DNA of 64,000 nucleotides. Origin: Promethearchaeati archaeon. GTDB taxonomy: Archaea > Asgardarchaeota > Heimdallarchaeia > Heimdallarchaeales > Heimdallarchaeaceae. Location of the stretch: positions 1 through 64,000 of the forward strand of contig JABLTJ010000013.1 of the NCBI GenBank assembly GCA_013166775.1, in the 5' to 3' direction. Below, piece by piece: positions 31,700 to 40,763 of the stretch. Below the pieces are notes generated by a model. The model did no database searches and was not told the origin of the DNA. It worked only from the letters and a program-made list of their open reading frames with translations. Made by a program: the position numbers and the translations under genes. Each line of letters begins with the position of its first letter. Positions within the stretch are counted from its first letter, which is position 1.

Positions 31700-33691
31700 A
31701 TGGATCGCAAAAAAAAAAATAGAGTTAAATGCTCTTTTCTGATTATTTTATTCTTCAATTTCAGTTATTCAACAAGCTTTAATTCTAAAAGTTTTAACTA
31801 TCCTCAACTTGTTCTAAAAACTACAGGAGGGGGGATTTTACCAGACTATGCAATGTTTATTACACAGAATTTAAGAGATATTGGAATATATGTTAAAATC
31901 CAAATTGAAGAATGGTCGGTTCTTTATGGTAAGGAGCTTTCCCCATGCAATTATGATTTAGCAATTATTAAGATGAATTTTAATCAATTTTATCCCCATC
32001 CCTCTATATATTTCTCCAATAATGGTTCAAAAAACCTTCTTTTTAAAAATACAGATTTGCCTTATTGGAGGTTTAATGAAGAAATGCTTACTTTGATGAA
32101 TCAAGTAGATGATGATGAAAGACAGCAGATCTATTATGATTGGCAGCAGCAGCTAATGGATAAGATTCTACCTTGTCTTCCTCTTTTCAATTATCAGAAG
32201 CAAATTTCAACATGGTCTACTTTGGAAGGATATAACGTCAATTGGTCTATTTCGAATAATATGCCTTATCTCTCATTTAATGAAACTCATGAGGGACAAG
32301 AGAGCACAGATGAATTCATATTCAGTGATTCAAGTTTTCAAAATCTTAATCCTTTAATGTATACTGATGATTCAAGTGTGAATTTAGCCAGCTTTCTTAC
32401 TGAACAAATTATTCAAATTTCTCCTGAAAATGAGATACTAAAAACTGGATTAATTTATGATTGGGAAGAGGTGAACGAGAGCTATTATCGTTTCTTTGTA
32501 AGAGATAATATCTATTGGAATCCTTCATACAACATAACAGAAAGAACTGAAAACTCACCTCCTTTAAGTATTCTCACTACTCCACTGATGAGTGGTTTAA
32601 AAGGTGATATTAGCAATGGAACTAATCAAAAAGTAACTGCAAAAGATGTTGCTTTTACACTTCTTTCTTTAGCCACACAAAATTCAAGTAAATATTACGA
32701 TCAATATAATTGGATTAGAAGAATAGATATGAATTCAACAAATGATTTAATTTTTTCAATTTTGGTTGATTCCAATCCTCAAACGAAAGAACTAGATTTG
32801 TTTCAAGGTATTCTTTTCAATTTCCTTTTCATGTTGAATGTTCCTTGTTTACCAGAATTTTTCTTAAATTCTAGTGATGAAACAATATTTTATACTTCTG
32901 GTAGCATACCAGTGAAAGGACTTTACAATGCAAAGAATTCAGTTCAGTGGAACACATATAGTTGTTCAGCTTTTGGCTGTGGGAAGTATATGTTGGATTA
33001 TACTCATAGAAATGTAGAGACTCTTCTTCAAGCAAATCCTAATTGGTTCGGAATAGGTCCTCGAGAGGGTAATAATCAGTCTCTATCTATAGAAAAGGTA
33101 AAAATAAGAGATATTTCAGATGATTTCACTTCTTTAGAGGAATTTAAAGCTGGAAAGCTCGATTTGATGGATGTCACTTCTTTTAAATCTGAAAGTGTAA
33201 AAATGCAAATTGACGATAGATTCGAAATTCATGACACCCTCTCAAGTGATATGACATGTCTTGTTTTCAATTTAGATAGACCTTTTATTGGAGGTGCTGA
33301 CAATTATGTTTTTATGGATACCCCTGGTAAAGAAGAATATACAAAAGGTGTTGCTATTCGTAAAGCAATCTGTTATGCGATAGATCGAGAAGAGATGAAT
33401 GAGATTTTACATGATGGAGATTACATAATTTCTCATAATCCTATCCCACCATTTTTCTCATTCTACTATTATGACAATATTATCAAGTACTATAGAGATT
33501 TAGATGCTGCTTACGAATGGTTGAGGGCTTCTGGACGTGGTGTGTATCTTACTATATATTATCCCGAAGATCATAGTGATGCTTTCTTTATTCTAACATG
33601 GATTATCGTTGTCGCTGCTAGTTTACAAGTACTAGTTATAATTTTGAATCGTTTAAGCAAATTAAATAGGAGAAATAAAAAATATGTGTAG
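31700..33691 (+). CDS. Family 5 (Opp/Dpp-like) solute-binding protein, circularly permuted, C-terminal TM anchor
   Basis: LNP, VTAKDVAFT, GCGKY, FKAGKLD, LVFN, IRKAI.YAIDR; the L.DIGI.V.I..EW and R..IY...Q..L...P.LPL blocks lie at the N-terminus. Confidence 0.78.
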   Translation: MDRKKKNRVKCSFLIILFFNFSYSTSFNSKSFNYPQLVLKTTGGGILPDYAMFITQNLRDIGIYVKIQIEEWSVLYGKELSPCNYDLAIIKMNFNQFYPHPSIYFSNNGSKNLLFKNTDLPYWRFNEEMLTLMNQVDDDERQQIYYDWQQQLMDKILPCLPLFNYQKQISTWSTLEGYNVNWSISNNMPYLSFNETHEGQESTDEFIFSDSSFQNLNPLMYTDDSSVNLASFLTEQIIQISPENEILKTGLIYDWEEVNESYYRFFVRDNIYWNPSYNITERTENSPPLSILTTPLMSGLKGDISNGTNQKVTAKDVAFTLLSLATQNSSKYYDQYNWIRRIDMNSTNDLIFSILVDSNPQTKELDLFQGILFNFLFMLNVPCLPEFFLNSSDETIFYTSGSIPVKGLYNAKNSVQWNTYSCSAFGCGKYMLDYTHRNVETLLQANPNWFGIGPREGNNQSLSIEKVKIRDISDDFTSLEEFKAGKLDLMDVTSFKSESVKMQIDDRFEIHDTLSSDMTCLVFNLDRPFIGGADNYVFMDTPGKEEYTKGVAIRKAICYAIDREEMNEILHDGDYIISHNPIPPFFSFYYYDNIIKYYRDLDAAYEWLRASGRGVYLTIYYPEDHSDAFFILTWIIVVAASLQVLVIILNRLSKLNRRNKKYV

Positions 33692-33774
33692 AATATTACA
33701 CAAAAATAGTTATCTTTGTATAAAATATAAGATATTTGAGAAATTTGTAACTAAATGATATAAATGTGGTAAGT

Positions 33775-34272
33775 ATGGATAAGGGAAGAATAAATGAAGT
33801 AGGAGAGTTATTGGAAGTTGCCCCTTCTAATTTAAAAGAATCTAAATTTAAAGTATTAGTAAAACGACTTACTTATCCTCTGGCCCAGATTGCATTTTTT
33901 ATATTTTCTATTATTTCAGGAATTTTACTTGGATATTGGGAAAGTCAAATACAAATAGGTTACCCTTTTAATCAAATCACAAGAATTTATAGAGCAGGGA
34001 TTCCGACTCTCTTGATTATCCATAGTGGAAATACGCTATTTTCGATAAAAAATCGCAAGAAATATCGTATTTCAAATTTCCTAACAGGATCTATAGTTAT
34101 TATTAATCTGATACTGTCTGCGATTAGTTTCTTTTTTATCTATAAATTTATGGATGCAAATCTAGGTCTTAGTGCTTCAGTTCGTTATGGTACTTTCCAT
34201 AAGAATATAGATAAAATAATTATTTCAAAGATTTCTTCAACTATGAAAGAGGTGTATTATTTAGAAGTGTGA
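33775..34272 (+). CDS. 3-TM membrane protein, putative radical-SAM substrate A (C-terminal RYG motif)
   Basis: Paralog of the next two genes; INEVGxLLE N-terminus, GYWE..GYP loop, SVRYGTF; ATG 33775 chosen by alignment. Confidence 0.7.
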   Translation: MDKGRINEVGELLEVAPSNLKESKFKVLVKRLTYPLAQIAFFIFSIISGILLGYWESQIQIGYPFNQITRIYRAGIPTLLIIHSGNTLFSIKNRKKYRISNFLTGSIVIINLILSAISFFFIYKFMDANLGLSASVRYGTFHKNIDKIIISKISSTMKEVYYLEV

Positions 34273-34278
34273 TTTAAT

Positions 34279-34734
34279 ATGAACGATGAGAAAATAAACG
34301 AAGTTGGAAACTTGTTGGAAATAGATTCTTCAGATATTCAAGAATCAAAACAAAAAAAAATCTGGAAAAAACTAATTTTCCCTGTTGTTCAAATTTCAAC
34401 TATCGTCCTTTCAGCAATCTTAGGTGCTTTAATGGGATACTGGGAAAATAACAGATCATCAGGTTATCCTGCTTCATGGCTTTACCCAAGGATTTTCTTT
34501 TTAGGTCCGATAGCGCTTTTTGGTTTCATTGTAGGAAACATATCAATATCCTCAAAGAACTATAAAAAAATTGGATTAAGAGGTGTTTATGCAGCTATTA
34601 TTATTTTTATGAATATATTGATCTCTGTAGCAAGCTTAGCTTTTACTTATATGGCAATTCGAACTACACCACCAGTGATTCTAGGTAGTTATGTAATGTA
34701 TGGTACTTATAAAAAGCCAAAATATGGAAAATAA
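34279..34734 (+). CDS. 3-TM membrane protein, putative radical-SAM substrate B (C-terminal MYG motif)
   Basis: INEVGNLLEIDSSDIQESK, GYWE..SGYP, SSKNYKK, PPVILGSYVMYGTY. Confidence 0.75.
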   Translation: MNDEKINEVGNLLEIDSSDIQESKQKKIWKKLIFPVVQISTIVLSAILGALMGYWENNRSSGYPASWLYPRIFFLGPIALFGFIVGNISISSKNYKKIGLRGVYAAIIIFMNILISVASLAFTYMAIRTTPPVILGSYVMYGTYKKPKYGK

Positions 34735-34744
34735 GTGGTTGAAT

Positions 34745-35212
34745 TTGAATAAAGAGAAATTAGATGAAACTGGAAAAGTGTTGAATGTTGATTCTTCAGA
34801 TATTCAAAAATCAAAATCAAAACAAATCTTGAAGAAACTTATTTTTCCTCTTGTTCAGGTTTCAACTATCATTCTTTCAGCAACCTCAGGAGCTTTACTG
34901 GGATATTTGGAGAAAAAAGAACCATCAGGTTATCCATATGCATGGGATTTCCCGAAGATTTACTTTTTTGGCCCAATGGCACTTCTAGGTTTTAGTACAG
35001 GGAATATATTAATATCTTCAAAAAACTATAAGAAAACCGGATTAAGAGGTACTTCTGCTAGCATTATTGTTTTTCTAAGTATAGTTATCTCAGTAGCAAG
35101 CTTAGTTTTTATTTATATGGCTGTTCAAAATCCACCACCTCCTCTTCAAGGATACGTTCCGCCATTTAATGTTTCAATAGATTATGATACCTTTAGAAAG
35201 AGAAATTTATAA
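34745..35212 (+). CDS. 3-TM membrane protein, paralog C (degenerate DYD motif)
   Basis: TTG 34745 gives MNKEKLDETGKVLNVDSSDIQKSK, aligning with A and B; ends SIDYDTFRK. Confidence 0.7.
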   Translation: MNKEKLDETGKVLNVDSSDIQKSKSKQILKKLIFPLVQVSTIILSATSGALLGYLEKKEPSGYPYAWDFPKIYFFGPMALLGFSTGNILISSKNYKKTGLRGTSASIIVFLSIVISVASLVFIYMAVQNPPPPLQGYVPPFNVSIDYDTFRKRNL

Positions 35213-35222
35213 TGTGATTAAT

Positions 35223-36287
35223 ATGAAATATAATCTTGATTGCGCAGTTTGGGAATTAACTCTTGAATGTAATCTTAAGTGTAAACATTGTGGTTCTAGT
35301 GCAGGAAAGGCTAGAAAAAACGAGTTAACTACTCAAGAATGCTTCAATCTTTGCGAAGATTTATCAGAAGTTGGTTGTAGAGAAGTTAGTTTAATGGGTG
35401 GGGAACCTTTTGTAAGAGAAGATTGGAATGAAATAGCCTGGTGTGTTAAAGATTTAGGGATGGATTTAGCTTTTGTAAGTAATGGAATACTCATTCCTCA
35501 AGTAATAGAGAAGCTTAATCTATTAGAACCTGTAGTAGTTGGAGTTTCTCTTGATGGTGTAAAAGAAACACATGATTATATTAGAAGAAAAGGATCTTAT
35601 GACGCAGCTCATCAAGCTATAGAACTACTCTTGGAAAATGATATTCAAACGACTGTAATAACCACAATAAGTAAAACAAATTTCAAAGAATTATTGGAAT
35701 TGAAGAAACTCATTTATGGAAAAGGAATAAACTGGCAAATTCAAGTATGTATGCCATTTGGATATTTTGATCCATCTTTAGTAATTAGTCAAGAAGAATA
35801 TTATGCTTCTGCTATGTTTATTGTTTCAGAACGGATAAAAAACAAATTCAAAGACATGCCTGTGGTAGGAGCACATTGTTATGGTTATTTCTCTCATTTA
35901 CTTCCAAGAAACAATCGATGGGATGGTTGTACTGCAGGAAGATCCACAGTTGGTTTAACTTCAGAAGGTTCAGTAGTTGGGTGTTTATCAATGGGGAATA
36001 ACCAATTTATTGAAGGTAATGTGAGAGATAGAAGTTTCAAAGAGATCTGGGAAGATCCTAATTCTTTTGCTTATAATAGAAATTTCAAACGAGATGATTT
36101 CGGTGAAAATTGCATTGATTGTTTTTACGGAGAAAAATGTAAAGGTGGATGTAACTCAACATCTTATCACCTTACAAAGAAATTTCATAACACACCTTTA
36201 TGTTTAAGAAAAATAGAAGAAAAGTTGTTTGATGTGAAGATTCCTAAGAAAGAAAGATCCAATGTCCAAGAAGTGAAATCATTATGA
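35223..36287 (+). CDS. Radical SAM/SPASM protein, PlpX-like peptide/protein maturase (splicease-like)
   Basis: AVWELTLECNLKCKHCGS (CxxxCxxC), GGEP, VSLDG..ETHD, WQIQ, WDGCTAG...G..GC.S, EGNVR, CxxC-x5-CxGGC...C SPASM; ATG 35223 follows a GTGAT SD. Confidence 0.88.
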   Translation: MKYNLDCAVWELTLECNLKCKHCGSSAGKARKNELTTQECFNLCEDLSEVGCREVSLMGGEPFVREDWNEIAWCVKDLGMDLAFVSNGILIPQVIEKLNLLEPVVVGVSLDGVKETHDYIRRKGSYDAAHQAIELLLENDIQTTVITTISKTNFKELLELKKLIYGKGINWQIQVCMPFGYFDPSLVISQEEYYASAMFIVSERIKNKFKDMPVVGAHCYGYFSHLLPRNNRWDGCTAGRSTVGLTSEGSVVGCLSMGNNQFIEGNVRDRSFKEIWEDPNSFAYNRNFKRDDFGENCIDCFYGEKCKGGCNSTSYHLTKKFHNTPLCLRKIEEKLFDVKIPKKERSNVQEVKSL

Positions 36288-37570
36288 TAAAATTGAATCT
36301 AGGTTGTGGTATTTTTTACAAACCAGGATATATAAACATTGATCTTGTTGAAGATAAAATTGCTGATCAGATTGCTGACGTTACCAACCTTCCTTATGAG
36401 GAAAATAGTGTAGATCTAATAGAAGCATCTCATATAATTGAACATTTTGATGTAAATCAAGTTCCTTTTGTTCTTTCTGAATGGTACAGAATTTTGAAAC
36501 CAGGTGGGAAACTAGAGATTGAAATACCAAATTTGTTAAAATCTGTAATTAAACTGAAATTAAGTAAGTACAGAAAACAATTATTAACTTTGAAATTTCT
36601 GTTTGGAGTAGATTATAGAGGGAATATTCACAAGATAGGTTTTACAAGATTATTCTTAAAAAAATCTCTTTCCAGAACAGGTTTCAAAAAAATTAGAAGA
36701 AAGAAACAAAGAAGCTTCAAAGAAGAAAGAGGTATGAGATACCAGGCAAGCAAACCATTAGATGCTGATTTATCAAAAAAGAAACATTTTATTACTACTT
36801 TCCGTTCAGAAATCAACTCTAATTTTGAAATAAAAGAGACTTTATTCTATGAAGTTTTAGAGAACAACTGTTTCTTATCGCTTTTTAATATTCTACCTGA
36901 AAATATTCAGAAATTTTTCAACACATTTAGGATAACTAATTTCTGTGCTTCTCTATCAATAATTCATCCTAAATTATCTAAAATCTTTCTCGAGATATTT
37001 CCTGAAAATCAGACAAATGAAATCAACAAAGAAGTATTAGACTATCTTGATGAAATTAAATTTCAATCTCTACTTCTAACTGATTGGATAAAGTGGAGAA
37101 AAGATCAATTTAATTTTCCCATTTCTATAACCAAATTCTTCAATCACTGGACATGGAAAATTAATCAAATGTTAAACAAAAAAACTGATTTTAAGAAAAT
37201 GTTGAGCTACTTAACGTCTTTAGAACAAAACTCTAATGAATTTTTCTCAATTGAGATTATTAATATTCAATCACTCAGACTAGCTAATCAAGGAATAAGA
37301 GCTTTTGAAAAGGAGATTTTTGTAGAAGCTAAAAAGCTTCTTGAAGAGAGTCTTAGAATGAATCCTTCAAATATTGAAGCAAATCTAAATCTTGCACGTC
37401 TTCTTAGAAAACTAGATCACAATCCAAATCAAATATCTAACTTATATGAATTTGTTCTGTCTGATTTATCTAATAGGAGAATTAAAAGGAAAATAAGGAA
37501 AGAGTATCAATTGATTCTCCTTAACAAGGAGAAAAAAGAAGAATTGAGTCCAATTCAATTGAGAAGTTAA
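36284..37570 (+). CDS. Class I SAM-dependent methyltransferase fused to a C-terminal helical/TPR domain
   Basis: KLNLGCG, YINID, SVD.I.ASH.IEH, EW.RILKPGG; TPR-like A..LLEESLRMNPSN.EA.LNLA; ATGA overlap with the rSAM gene. Confidence 0.8.
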   Translation: MIKLNLGCGIFYKPGYINIDLVEDKIADQIADVTNLPYEENSVDLIEASHIIEHFDVNQVPFVLSEWYRILKPGGKLEIEIPNLLKSVIKLKLSKYRKQLLTLKFLFGVDYRGNIHKIGFTRLFLKKSLSRTGFKKIRRKKQRSFKEERGMRYQASKPLDADLSKKKHFITTFRSEINSNFEIKETLFYEVLENNCFLSLFNILPENIQKFFNTFRITNFCASLSIIHPKLSKIFLEIFPENQTNEINKEVLDYLDEIKFQSLLLTDWIKWRKDQFNFPISITKFFNHWTWKINQMLNKKTDFKKMLSYLTSLEQNSNEFFSIEIINIQSLRLANQGIRAFEKEIFVEAKKLLEESLRMNPSNIEANLNLARLLRKLDHNPNQISNLYEFVLSDLSNRRIKRKIRKEYQLILLNKEKKEELSPIQLRS

Positions 37571-37625
37571 AATTTATTTTTTAAATCACAAAAGATATCA
37601 ATGAGTAAGGAGAATTTTAAAAAGA

Positions 37626-38873
37626 ATGACTATAAAGAACTTTGGAGTTACGAAAGAATCAGCTGAAAAACTAGAAACTGAAGATGATTTAGCAGTTTTT
37701 CGCGATAAATTTTACATACCTGAAAACACAATTTACATGAACGGTAATTCTTTAGGATTACTACCTAAGAAGGGAGAAAAAACTCTCTTACGAGTTTTAG
37801 AAGAATGGAAAACTGGTGGAGTCCAAGGTTGGGTAAATATTGAGAAACCTTGGTTTTTTTTTGCTGAGAAATTGGGTGAAAAAGCTGCTTTTCTAGTTGG
37901 AGCTAAATCTTCTGAAGTTATCGCAACAGGTACTACTACAATTAACATTCATTCATTGATCAGTACATTTTATGAACCTGAAGGGAAGAAAACTAAGATT
38001 CTAGCTGATGTATTGAATTTTCCTACAGATATTTATGCCCTTCAAAGTCAAGTTAAACTAAAAGGACTAAATCCTGAAGAACACTTGGTTCTAGTTAAAA
38101 GCAAAGATGGAAGATTCTTAGATGAGCAAACTATTGTCGATGCCATGACTGATGAAATAGCTATTATTCTGTTGCCATCAGCTCTGTTTAGAAGTGGTCA
38201 ACTCTTAGATATGAAATACTTAACTGAAGAAGCTCATAAAAGAGGAATTTTAATCGGATGGGACTGTTCTCATTCAGTTGGAGTTGTTCCCCATTATTTT
38301 GATGAATGGGGAGTTGATTTCGCAGTCTGGTGTAGTTACAAATATCTCAATGCGGGTCCAGGTGCAAGTGCATTTCTTTATATCAACGAGAAACACTTTA
38401 CCAAAGAAGCTGCATTATCAGGTTGGTTTGGTTATGTAAAAGAGAAACAATTTGAGTTGAACTTACATTTTGAACAAGCGAAAAATGCAGGAGGGTGGCA
38501 GATATCATCCCCATCAATTTTAGGTTCAGCAGCACTTGAAGGAGCATTAGATCTTATATTAGAAGCAGGAATAGATGAAATTAGAGAAAAATCATTGAAG
38601 ATGACTTCCTATATGATTTTCCTTGTTGATGAATTGCTTTCTGGAGAGCCATATAACTTCTCTATTGGAACACCGAGAGAAAAGGAGAGAAGAGGAGGTC
38701 ATGTAGCTTTAGAGCACAAAGAAGCATACAAAATACATGAAGAATTACTAAAGAAAAATGTAGTACATGATTTCCGTCCTCCGAACATTGTTCGTATCAC
38801 TCCATCAGCTCTCTACAATACTTATACAGAGATATGGGAAGTAATTTCCATCATAAAGAGTCTGTTTGATTGA
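37626..38873 (+). CDS. kynU: Kynureninase
   Basis: YMNGNSLGL, FPTD.Y, WDCSHSVG, WCSYKYLNAGPG (PLP Lys), GWFG, RGGHV, DFR.P. Confidence 0.93.
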   Translation: MTIKNFGVTKESAEKLETEDDLAVFRDKFYIPENTIYMNGNSLGLLPKKGEKTLLRVLEEWKTGGVQGWVNIEKPWFFFAEKLGEKAAFLVGAKSSEVIATGTTTINIHSLISTFYEPEGKKTKILADVLNFPTDIYALQSQVKLKGLNPEEHLVLVKSKDGRFLDEQTIVDAMTDEIAIILLPSALFRSGQLLDMKYLTEEAHKRGILIGWDCSHSVGVVPHYFDEWGVDFAVWCSYKYLNAGPGASAFLYINEKHFTKEAALSGWFGYVKEKQFELNLHFEQAKNAGGWQISSPSILGSAALEGALDLILEAGIDEIREKSLKMTSYMIFLVDELLSGEPYNFSIGTPREKERRGGHVALEHKEAYKIHEELLKKNVVHDFRPPNIVRITPSALYNTYTEIWEVISIIKSLFD

Positions 38874-38941
38874 TTCAGCAATTATCCGAGTCTTTGAAAA
38901 CATTTAATATGCACATTTTTTTCTTCATTTTAAGTGGTTAA

Positions 38942-39922
38942 ATGTTAGCTGTCGAAACCTCAAAGTTAACAAAAGATTATAAAACGAAGGAAGCATTCCT
39001 TAGAGCTGTAGATACTCTGGATTTAGCAATAGAAGAATCAGAAATTTACAGCTTATTAGGTCCAAACGGAGCAGGGAAAACTACTAGTGTTAGGATATTA
39101 GCTGGTCTCCTTAGACCCACTGACGGAAATGCAAAAGTACTCGGTTTAGATATAATCAAAGATGCCCAGGAAATAAGAAGTAATGTTGGTTTGTTAACAG
39201 AAACTCCTGCTTTGTATGAACGTTTAACAGTCCGTCGGAATCTTGAATTTATAGCAGATTTGTATGATGTTCCAAAAGAGGAAGTTAAACCAAGGATTGA
39301 AGAGATTATTGACCTTTTTGAGATATCAGAAAAAATAGATGAACCAGCAGGTGCCCTTTCTAAAGGTATGAAACAAAAAGTAGCTATAGCTAGAGCAATG
39401 TTTCATGACCCCAAAATCATCTTTCTAGATGAACCAACAGCATCATTAGCACCTGAATCAGCAAAGATAGTAAGAGAGCAGATTCAGAAACTTGCTAAAA
39501 CAGAACACAGAACTTTTTTCATTTGTACACATAATCTGTTTGAAGCTGAAATCCTTTCTTCAAGAGTAGGGATAATTAATAGAGGGAGTCTTGTTGCAGA
39601 AGGAACACCAGCAGAATTGCGAGATTTACACAAAGATCAGCGAATTACAGTTTTTCGTTTCACAAAATGGGATAATGCTCTAAAGAATTTCTTTGAAGAT
39701 TTAGATTTAGAACTTATAGAAATTGACCAAAATCAAAAATCTATTTCAGCAATCATTCCTCAAGTAGAAAAACAAACTCCTACCATTATAGAGAATCTTG
39801 TCAAACAGAAGTATTCTATGGTAGAAGTACGTCATGAATATCCCACACTGGAAAAAATATACTTGGAGTTAGTTGAGACGGAGAGTATTCCAAGAGAAGA
39901 AGAGGAGGAGATAGAAGAATGA
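38942..39922 (+). CDS. ABC transporter ATP-binding protein (exporter type)
   Basis: GPNGAGKT, LSKGM, FLDEPT, CTH. Confidence 0.92.
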   Translation: MLAVETSKLTKDYKTKEAFLRAVDTLDLAIEESEIYSLLGPNGAGKTTSVRILAGLLRPTDGNAKVLGLDIIKDAQEIRSNVGLLTETPALYERLTVRRNLEFIADLYDVPKEEVKPRIEEIIDLFEISEKIDEPAGALSKGMKQKVAIARAMFHDPKIIFLDEPTASLAPESAKIVREQIQKLAKTEHRTFFICTHNLFEAEILSSRVGIINRGSLVAEGTPAELRDLHKDQRITVFRFTKWDNALKNFFEDLDLELIEIDQNQKSISAIIPQVEKQTPTIIENLVKQKYSMVEVRHEYPTLEKIYLELVETESIPREEEEEIEE

Positions 39923-40737
39923 AATGGAGAAGAATTTGGGCGATGGTTAAAAAGGACATAAGAGAGTTTGTCAAATCTAAATACGTATTATCAGTAATTA
40001 TCTTGATGCCTTTGTTTTTTGCGATATTATTTCCGATTACTTCAGTTCTTCCAATTGCAAAACTTGATCCTGCAGAATTTGGAGATGAATCAATTGGTGG
40101 ATTCGTAGAAACTATGTTCAACAAGGTTATAGATAATTGGGAAACTCTTCATCCTCAAGTCCAAACCCTTGTTTTATTGTCGTATGCAATGTTTATAGCT
40201 GTGCTTTTACTACCTATTATCATTCCAGCTGTTACAGCTTCTGAAACAGTTGTAGGAGAAAAAGAAAGGAAAACAATGGAAGCTATTCTAGCATCTCCTA
40301 TGTCTGAATCCGAAATTGTAATCGGAAAGATTATTTCTTCCTTCTTACCTTCAGTAATAGGAACTCTGGTTGCATCAATTGCTTACATGATATTCATTGA
40401 TATTTTACTCTATCCACATCTAGGATTTATACTGTTTCCTGATTTACTCTCTATGGTGTTCGTATTTATCATAAGCCCATTAGTTTCAATAATTAGTGTA
40501 GAATTGATGATTATGGTTTCAACTAGAGTAACAAGTGTAAGAGATGCTTATCAAATAGGTTCACTAGTTGTTTTGCCATTGATAGGACTTATAGTTTTCG
40601 AGATGCTTGGATTGTTATTAAACTCTGTTGCAACTCTGTTAGGAAGTATAGCTGTATTGATAATAATTATAATTGGTCTATTCAAAATAGCTACAAGTAT
40701 ATTCGACAGAGAAAGGGCAATTGTAAAAATGGTTTAA
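39919..40737 (+). CDS. ABC-2 type permease
   Basis: 6 TM; GEKERKTMEAIL.SP...I..GK motif; ATGA overlap with the ATPase. Confidence 0.88.
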   Translation: MKWRRIWAMVKKDIREFVKSKYVLSVIILMPLFFAILFPITSVLPIAKLDPAEFGDESIGGFVETMFNKVIDNWETLHPQVQTLVLLSYAMFIAVLLLPIIIPAVTASETVVGEKERKTMEAILASPMSESEIVIGKIISSFLPSVIGTLVASIAYMIFIDILLYPHLGFILFPDLLSMVFVFIISPLVSIISVELMIMVSTRVTSVRDAYQIGSLVVLPLIGLIVFEMLGLLLNSVATLLGSIAVLIIIIIGLFKIATSIFDRERAIVKMV

Positions 40738-40763
40738 ACAAAAAATGAAAAGAAATAGGTACC

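Noticed and set aside
34700-35222. ORF-track starts at 34700 and 35184, giving long gene overlaps
   Set aside because: Paralog alignment and SD-like GTG(A/G)T motifs favour TTG 34745 and ATG 35223. The upstream ATGs fall inside the conserved TAT-G(G/A)T motif of the preceding gene.
37626-40737. kynU and the ABC exporter as part of the rSAM system
   Set aside because: They are codirectional but separated by 55-68 nt gaps with T-rich or TATA-like sequence. The putative substrates are membrane proteins that need no ABC exporter, and kynU has an independent function.
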